Assembly: GCA_963630675.1 (NCBI GenBank)
Contig: CAVGNR010000010.1
Span: forward strand, 15,685 to 79,684
Length of the DNA stretch: 64,000 bases
Origin: Escherichia coli
Lineage (GTDB): Bacteria > Bacillota_I > Bacilli_A > RFN20 > CAG-826
Direction: 5' to 3'
Shown here: positions 58,076 to 64,000 of the stretch, in pieces
Numbering within the stretch: position 1 is the stretch's first letter
How the letters are laid out: every line of letters begins with the position of its first letter
Program-made: the position numbers and the translations under genes
Notes under the pieces: generated by a model
Told to the model about the DNA's origin: nothing
Database searches by the model: none
What the model saw: only the letters and a program-made list of their open reading frames with translations

Positions 58076-61000
58076 TATTGAATCTCCACGATAACTTTCT
58101 TTACCTTGCCATTACGGATGGAAAGAGCCAGGTCGCCCTTTACTTCATCGTATTCTTTGTCGTTGATTATGTATGTCATCTTATAGGAATCTTTTAAAAG
58201 ATTGATGGATGGGTCTTTCTTATAAATGATGGTAGTTTTTCCAAATAATAAGAAAGAGGCTTCGTTGTTTTTGTCAAAGAACTCATTCGAAAGCAAAGGC
58301 TTCAAGTGGAATTTTAAAACTCCATCTTCATATGTGAAGATATGTTCGCCCGCAAAAAGAATGACATACATGTTAAGGAATTCCGCATTCGCACCAGAAA
58401 GCCTAGCAAAGAAACCTTGACCATGTTTACTCTTGTCTGGATTGCAAGTTGGGACGATGAAAGAAGACGCTTCAAGAGGATTTCTTCCATAGACCTCAGG
58501 ATCCATGTTAAGGGTTAGATTTGTTTTCATTTCTTTGTAGAATTCATCAACATATCCACCTTTAAGCAATCCAAGAAGATATTTATAGGACATATGAAGG
58601 AAGTTACATTCTCTTTCTAACCAGCCTTTTGTGAAGGCATGTACACGTCCTATCTCAAATGGAGCGTCATCAAGTGCGGCAGCCGTCTTGTAGAAATGAT
58701 ACGTTTTATCATATAGGTCGCTTTCTTTGATTACTTTGATGTCGTTTTCGTTAATTAATTCTTTACCAACTTTCAAAGCTCTTGCGCTTGCTTCGAGGAA
58801 CGGTGGAATTGTTTTTGTTTCAAAAGAATGGATTACCACGGTATCTAATCCCATGAAATTCTTCTTACCGGTTTTGCTGTAGTCTTTTGCTTCGTGAATA
58901 AGGTAAGAAGGTAAGATGCCGTTACCTAGTTTCTTTGCTCTCAATATGCCATCCTCAAGGATTTTTGCGATATCTTTTAGGAAAGGTAAGAAAGAGGAAA
59001 CCTTTTCGTTTTTATATGTACCTAAAGCTCTATCTTTAAGAGACAGACGTAATTCTTCACGTGCCGATGTCATTTCATCCCAATAAGCAAATCTAGATAA
59101 TTTGTTTTCAAGATATTGAGAAGTTAATGAAATCAGTTTATTAACGAAGGTGTCCTGCTCGTCTAAAAGATGAATTTCTTTGTTTTGGAATGGGGTTAAA
59201 TGCTCGATGGCATAGTTCGTTAAACGAAGAAGCTCAACACTTTCAGAAAGCCCTGAACCAAATAAGCCAGGAAGGCCGTTCATCGCGTCATTCCACCCTG
59301 GTTTCTCACATTCCATCTCGATACCCATTTGTTCCATATCAAGCGTGGAGAACTTAACGAATATCAAAGAAAGAATCTTACTGGCAAGGTTGGTTTTTAT
59401 TTCGTTGCCATCTTTGCTAAGAAGGTATCCACCCTTAGACATGTCATAACCGATTTCTTTTGCTTTTTCGTTGGCTTCCTTAAGGTTTAACGCCCCATAT
59501 TGACGCACTCTTCCATCGTTTAGAAGAACGTATTTTTCCTTACGAGGATTAACATATACGGGCGAATAGAAATAACGGTATTCTTTATCGAAGAAAAGTT
59601 CTTCTTCTTTATCTGGATAGATACTCGAATAATCTTCTAATAAATCGACGTTATACGTCCAATGATCAACCCAATATCCTTCAGAGAAAGACGCTTGATT
59701 CCTTTCTTCCGATGCACGTAATATCTTTGACCATAATTCTAATAAGTCATTTTCTTTTAGATAGGTATATAGTTCGCTAGGACTATATCCTTTTTCTAAG
59801 AGATTCGTTAAATATTCTTTCTTATTCTCATCTAATTGGTTTAAGAAAGAGAGACTCGCTTTATCTTTCTTAAAGAAAAGAGGAGACTTTACCGTTAATG
59901 GATTCTGCCCATCCGCCTGGATGAGTTCAAAGAAAAGTTTGATATTGTAATCCCCAACGAAAGGTGAGAAGAACAAGTCGTTTCGACGGTTCTGATTAAC
60001 ATCTCTGAAATTGCCTGGCCCAGAAGAATAATAAGCGCTAGGAATAACGAAATTGTTATAGTCTCTTTCCATGTCGCCATGTTTACGCGAATAAAGATAA
60101 TAAATGGAATCCTTATTCTTATTGTCTAAAAGGCAAGGGAATCCTCCACGGAGGCCATTATCGAGGTAACTTTGTTTCAAGAAAGAATCGAAATGGGGGT
60201 AGGCTGTTTTAGAAAAGGCTTTTGAAAGAATGTTTTTTGTAACCAGTTCGTTTTCCTTTAATAATTCGTTTAACGCTACAGGGGTTAGCTCTTTTTCAGC
60301 TTTAGTGAATTGTTCCTTCGTATCGTATGCGCCATATACTTCATAGAAAGTGTATGTTTCTCCTTGAGAAAGAGAGAATTCTGAACTAACGAAAGCGCAC
60401 GGCAATTTATTTTCCGTTTGGCCTAATTGGTTAGAGAACTCTTGATAGGTTTTCTCCATGAAAGGCCTTACGGTCATCAATGATGGGTCAATGCCAAAAA
60501 TTAAGCTTGGATCAACATATGTTTTTAGAAGATTGCCATTAGAATCTTTCGCAAAGAAAGCGTTGCCAGAGAGCTTTTCTTTTACCTCAGATTCATCGCT
60601 AGTGGAGGTTTTGAATTTCACAAAAGGCGTGTTATTCTCCAAAGAATGGATTTCACAATATGCCGCCATTAAGGAGACTAATTCCTTATAGCAGAAATTG
60701 CTTAAACCTAATGGGAAAAAGATTGGAAGACCATCAAGAAGAGTATATGTGTGCGTCTTTTTGCTTGTGTTCTTAATTGTCACCTTACGAATTAAAGCTG
60801 CGTATTCCTTATGTGGAACGGTCGCATATTCGACCATATATTCGTAGCCCTTTCCATGTTCTTTTATCATTAATGAGGCAGGGCTTATTTTCATATCACG
60901 GCGATTTTCTTGGAAATGATAGAAAGGCGTTTTAAGAGAACCATCAATTTTCAGAAAACTTCTGAAGGACTTATTAGCAATATTTTGATAGGCAAGGGTT

Positions 61001-61197
61001 GCCGAATCGAATGGAGTGATAGGCGTGTCTTTGCTTGTAACACCAAAAGAGGAAACCCCCTGTGCTAAATTCGTAAAGAAAACCCATAAAGGCTTTCCAT
61101 CTTTTCCGCTTAAGGCAGGAAGAAAAGAAGCGAAAGTTTTGCAATGTTCGTAATCGTTTATTACGAAAACGTTGTCTTTTAAAACGTATTTATTCAT
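58075..61197 (-). CDS. large cytoplasmic glycoside hydrolase/phosphorylase-like protein (possibly a beta-1,3-glucan phosphorylase of the GH149/GH161 type)
   Basis: 1040 aa with no signal peptide, embedded between GH16 genes and a sugar ABC transporter. The family assignment rests on size and context only. Confidence 0.4.
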   Translation of the reverse strand: MNKYVLKDNVFVINDYEHCKTFASFLPALSGKDGKPLWVFFTNLAQGVSSFGVTSKDTPITPFDSATLAYQNIANKSFRSFLKIDGSLKTPFYHFQENRRDMKISPASLMIKEHGKGYEYMVEYATVPHKEYAALIRKVTIKNTSKKTHTYTLLDGLPIFFPLGLSNFCYKELVSLMAAYCEIHSLENNTPFVKFKTSTSDESEVKEKLSGNAFFAKDSNGNLLKTYVDPSLIFGIDPSLMTVRPFMEKTYQEFSNQLGQTENKLPCAFVSSEFSLSQGETYTFYEVYGAYDTKEQFTKAEKELTPVALNELLKENELVTKNILSKAFSKTAYPHFDSFLKQSYLDNGLRGGFPCLLDNKNKDSIYYLYSRKHGDMERDYNNFVIPSAYYSSGPGNFRDVNQNRRNDLFFSPFVGDYNIKLFFELIQADGQNPLTVKSPLFFKKDKASLSFLNQLDENKKEYLTNLLEKGYSPSELYTYLKENDLLELWSKILRASEERNQASFSEGYWVDHWTYNVDLLEDYSSIYPDKEEELFFDKEYRYFYSPVYVNPRKEKYVLLNDGRVRQYGALNLKEANEKAKEIGYDMSKGGYLLSKDGNEIKTNLASKILSLIFVKFSTLDMEQMGIEMECEKPGWNDAMNGLPGLFGSGLSESVELLRLTNYAIEHLTPFQNKEIHLLDEQDTFVNKLISLTSQYLENKLSRFAYWDEMTSAREELRLSLKDRALGTYKNEKVSSFLPFLKDIAKILEDGILRAKKLGNGILPSYLIHEAKDYSKTGKKNFMGLDTVVIHSFETKTIPPFLEASARALKVGKELINENDIKVIKESDLYDKTYHFYKTAAALDDAPFEIGRVHAFTKGWLERECNFLHMSYKYLLGLLKGGYVDEFYKEMKTNLTLNMDPEVYGRNPLEASSFIVPTCNPDKSKHGQGFFARLSGANAEFLNMYVILFAGEHIFTYEDGVLKFHLKPLLSNEFFDKNNEASFLLFGKTTIIYKKDPSINLLKDSYKMTYIINDKEYDEVKGDLALSIRNGKVKKVIVEIQ

Positions 61198-61219
61198 AGA
61201 TAAGCCTCCAAGTTGCTTA

Positions 61220-62662
61220 TTATTCTGCTGAAGAAGTTAGGGTGTAGTAATGTTTAAGGGTAGGTATTTTATTGTCTTCGATATTCCAAAGATCTGTATC
61301 AAAAGAAGAATAGTTTGTAGAACTCTTCATCTCCGCTTCGCTTAATAAAAGGTCGTTTGTAAGTGCGCCTAAATCCGTTTCCCCAGATGTTGGTTTATTG
61401 GAACCCTTATGCGTTTGGGAGAAGAAAACGTCACGTTGAGTACCGTTCATTGGGGTAATTTTGAATCCTTTGGCTACGCAATCTTTAATTTCACCCCAGG
61501 TTTTACCAGCGAAAGCGTAAACGCCATTTGTGTTGGAGTTATTGCTATCAACTGTCTTTGCTGTGGAATTAGCTAATTGCTTATCGGCTGCGGCAAATCT
61601 CCACCAAGGGTCTGTGTTATTTGCTTGGGCAGTATGATCCCAACCATTTCCCGTTTTGCCAACATAATCATTGCCAAAATCAAGATATACGCCAGGTTGA
61701 ACATCAATGTTTGCGCCATTGTAAGAATAAGATGTACCTCCTGTTGCACCTAAGCTTAAGTTCGTGACTTCCGAAATGACGTTAGAGACGTATCCTGAAC
61801 CGCCAACAATGCCAAAGGCGCCACCCATATTGCAATCATCGTCATAGAAATGAGTGGACATTTCAACACGGTTGCTGGAAGTCAAACGTACATTCTCAAC
61901 AGTTCCTGCCACGTTTCCTGCTAAAGCTCCGCAGATTGTCCTTCCACGCACATGGATGTTGTCAAATGTCGTATTTCTTACGACGCCACTCTTACCAATG
62001 ATTTGGAAAAGGCCGACGTTGTCACCCGCTTTATGGTGGTCGTGGGTAAACATCGTTCCTGTTCCGTTATAGACGTTGAAGTTACTGGCAACGCTATCAG
62101 AATATAAAACGTTCGCGTTTTTGACGGTATAGCCATTCCCATCGAGGATACCATGGAAATATTCATTTGTTGGATCGGTTTCTTCACCCATATGGCCAAT
62201 CGGTTCAAAATTAGAAATCGTTGATAAGTCAATGTCATTTCCAAGGATGTAATAATAGGTAAGGTTATTGTTGATATCTTGGAATTCCTGGGCAGTGGTA
62301 ATGACTTTATTCACGAAATATCCTGGCACGCTAACTCTTTTGCCAGATATTTCAACAGAAACGGTTTTCTCTCCTGGGTTGATCTTTCCTAAAAAGTTTT
62401 TAGAGAGGGTGAGTATACCGTTTTTATAGGAATAATCGCCTGCTTCCGCTTTAACCTTTCCAGAAGAAACGTTGGAAACGTCTCCTTCTTTTCCTAACTT
62501 TACGGAAATGTTGTAATCCGCTTTAGACGTATCGTAATAGAAACGACCATTTTCAAAAACGTTCGCTTCAATCGGTAAGGAGTTTGCTCCTTGGCAAGAA
62601 ATGAGTCCTAAGGAAGCTAATAACGCTCCCCCTAAAACGATGATGTTGCTTTTCTTTTTCAT
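61220..62662 (-). CDS. lipoprotein with GLUG-like repeats
   Basis: Lipobox GLISC. Repeated VGLFQIIGKSGVVRN / GALAGNVAGTVENV / GGAFGIVGGSGYVSN motifs. Confidence 0.45.
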   Translation of the reverse strand: MKKKSNIIVLGGALLASLGLISCQGANSLPIEANVFENGRFYYDTSKADYNISVKLGKEGDVSNVSSGKVKAEAGDYSYKNGILTLSKNFLGKINPGEKTVSVEISGKRVSVPGYFVNKVITTAQEFQDINNNLTYYYILGNDIDLSTISNFEPIGHMGEETDPTNEYFHGILDGNGYTVKNANVLYSDSVASNFNVYNGTGTMFTHDHHKAGDNVGLFQIIGKSGVVRNTTFDNIHVRGRTICGALAGNVAGTVENVRLTSSNRVEMSTHFYDDDCNMGGAFGIVGGSGYVSNVISEVTNLSLGATGGTSYSYNGANIDVQPGVYLDFGNDYVGKTGNGWDHTAQANNTDPWWRFAAADKQLANSTAKTVDSNNSNTNGVYAFAGKTWGEIKDCVAKGFKITPMNGTQRDVFFSQTHKGSNKPTSGETDLGALTNDLLLSEAEMKSSTNYSSFDTDLWNIEDNKIPTLKHYYTLTSSAE

Positions 62663-62681
62663 AATAACAATGTCCTTTCTA

Positions 62682-63653
62682 TTATCCTTTTAAGCCTCCA
62701 ACGGCTGTGTTATTCATGATTGTTTTGCTAAATAAACAGAAAACGAGAAGAATTGGAATGATGGTAACGATAATTGTCGCAAAGAAGAGAGGGTATTCTC
62801 CTTTTGTGACAAGCATTGCTTGTTGCATATAGTAGATACCAACGGCAATGGTTGGTTTCTTTGATAAGAAAATCGACGGGTTGAAATAATCGTTCCATAA
62901 GCCAATCAAAGAGAGAATGCCAACGGCGATAATAGGTCCTTTAGCCATTGGAACAATGATTTGGAAGAAGATACGGAAATCAGATGCTCCATCAATTTTG
63001 GCTGCTTCGACATATGTCCAGGAAAGATTCTTGAAGAAGGAATAAAGCAGCAAGAAATTGGAGCCGAATCCTCCAGAATAAAGGAAGATTAAACCTATTT
63101 CAGTTTGATCAAGATGCATCGCTTTCATGAATTGAATTTGCGAAGGCAAGACGCCAACCAAAGGTACAATCATAGAGAAGATAACGACGCCAAAGATTAA
63201 TCCACGTCCTGGGAATTTGTATTTGGCAACGACATAGGCTGCACAAGAAGAAGTAAGAACCGTAGCAAGCGTTCCTCCTCCTGCGACGATAATGGACATT
63301 CCCATCATTTGGAAAACGGTATAGTTCTTAGTAGTGGCGTTTTTAAACGCAAAAGCTCTAGCAAAATTGTCCCAATTCCACGCTGCTGGCCAAGACATAA
63401 AGTCTTTTGCAAACTCGCTTTTTGTTTTGAAAGAGTTCATCAAAATCCAAAGGAAAGGGAAGATAAATGACAAAGCGAATAAAGCAAAAACAACAAACAT
63501 GATCACGAAAGCGACTTTCTCTGCTTTCTTTCTTTTAAAAAGCAAATCGTGTTCTTTTTCGTATTTTTCTTGCTTAACGCTCTCTCGATGATTTTGGAAT
63601 TTCTCTTTAAAGAAATGACCAACTGAGTTGAAGAATGATTTTATTTTTTTCAT
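62682..63653 (-). CDS. carbohydrate ABC transporter permease (MalG-like)
   Basis: Start at MKKIKSFF. 6 TM helices with the EAA-like loop EAAKIDGASDFRIFFQIIVP. Confidence 0.85.
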   Translation of the reverse strand: MKKIKSFFNSVGHFFKEKFQNHRESVKQEKYEKEHDLLFKRKKAEKVAFVIMFVVFALFALSFIFPFLWILMNSFKTKSEFAKDFMSWPAAWNWDNFARAFAFKNATTKNYTVFQMMGMSIIVAGGGTLATVLTSSCAAYVVAKYKFPGRGLIFGVVIFSMIVPLVGVLPSQIQFMKAMHLDQTEIGLIFLYSGGFGSNFLLLYSFFKNLSWTYVEAAKIDGASDFRIFFQIIVPMAKGPIIAVGILSLIGLWNDYFNPSIFLSKKPTIAVGIYYMQQAMLVTKGEYPLFFATIIVTIIPILLVFCLFSKTIMNNTAVGGLKG

Positions 63654-63654
63654 A

Positions 63655-64000
63655 TCAGAACCCCGCATTGGCAAAGCATTTGTTTAAGAAATGCCTGACT
63701 GTTACAACAATTGGTGCGGCTATAAGGGTGCAAAATAAGCCCAATGTAGCAGGGGTTTGCAAAGAAGAACCCCCTGATTGTTGATAAATTTGTAATCCGA
63801 TTGTCATCGTTCCAAAACGTCCACTTGTCAAGAAGAACGGCTGAAATGTAACCGAGAAAACGGACATCATTCCGAAGATAAATAAGGTCGTTATTGTTGG
63901 CCAAGCGAGAGGGATAATAATCTTAAAGAACTCTTTAAAAGGGGAAACCCCATCCATTTTGCAACTCTCTAAGATGTCTCTTGGGATTCTGCTCATCCCT
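63655..64000 (-). CDS. carbohydrate ABC transporter permease (MalF-like), 5' end outside the window
   Basis: C-terminal part only: ESCKMDGVSPFKEFFKIIIPLAWP (EAA loop) plus TM helices. Confidence 0.8.
   Translation of the reverse strand, partial: GMSRIPRDILESCKMDGVSPFKEFFKIIIPLAWPTITTLFIFGMMSVFSVTFQPFFLTSGRFGTMTIGLQIYQQSGGSSLQTPATLGLFCTLIAAPIVVTVRHFLNKCFANAGF

Overview
Low-GC bacterial chromosome segment using the standard genetic code (TGA is used as a stop). The gene content looks like Bacillota or Mycoplasmatota (alMGS-type GT4, YhaM, RecX, many lipoproteins), but I cannot assign a taxon. I read five zones. (1) 1-9.4 kb is core: a three-gene membrane glycosylation module, a Schlafen/AlbA_2-type regulator gene flanked by long direct repeats, and feoAB. 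(2) 9.4-28.8 kb is an accessory hot-spot. It holds five intact and one truncated AAA+ ATPase genes of the DUF4143/DUF234 type, each with its own short palindromic words in its 5' region. It also holds MscS, a Doc/RelB-type toxin-antitoxin pair, decayed remnants, and a ~4.8-kb islet next to tRNA-Leu(UAG). The islet is bounded by a 52-bp copy of the tRNA 3' half. It carries a homopolymer-frameshifted Toll/interleukin-receptor (TIR) domain gene and a 988-aa metallophosphoesterase gene with unplaced flanking domains. This pair is my best candidate for an undescribed conflict system. (3) 28.9-42.3 kb is core: HAD hydrolase, flavin reductase, epimerase, SWIM+SNF2 pair, glycolipid genes, recX, yhaM. 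(4) 42.31-43.82 kb is a 1.5-kb insertion with perfect 24-bp terminal inverted repeats and an 8-bp target duplication. Its only substantial gene is a Fic gene, with no transposase. (5) 43.9-64 kb is a beta-glucan (laminarin-type) utilisation locus: LacI regulator, GH30, two GH16 lipoproteins, a large cytoplasmic phosphorylase-like enzyme, surface lipoproteins and a sugar ABC transporter. All calls come from reading motifs by eye. No database search was run.
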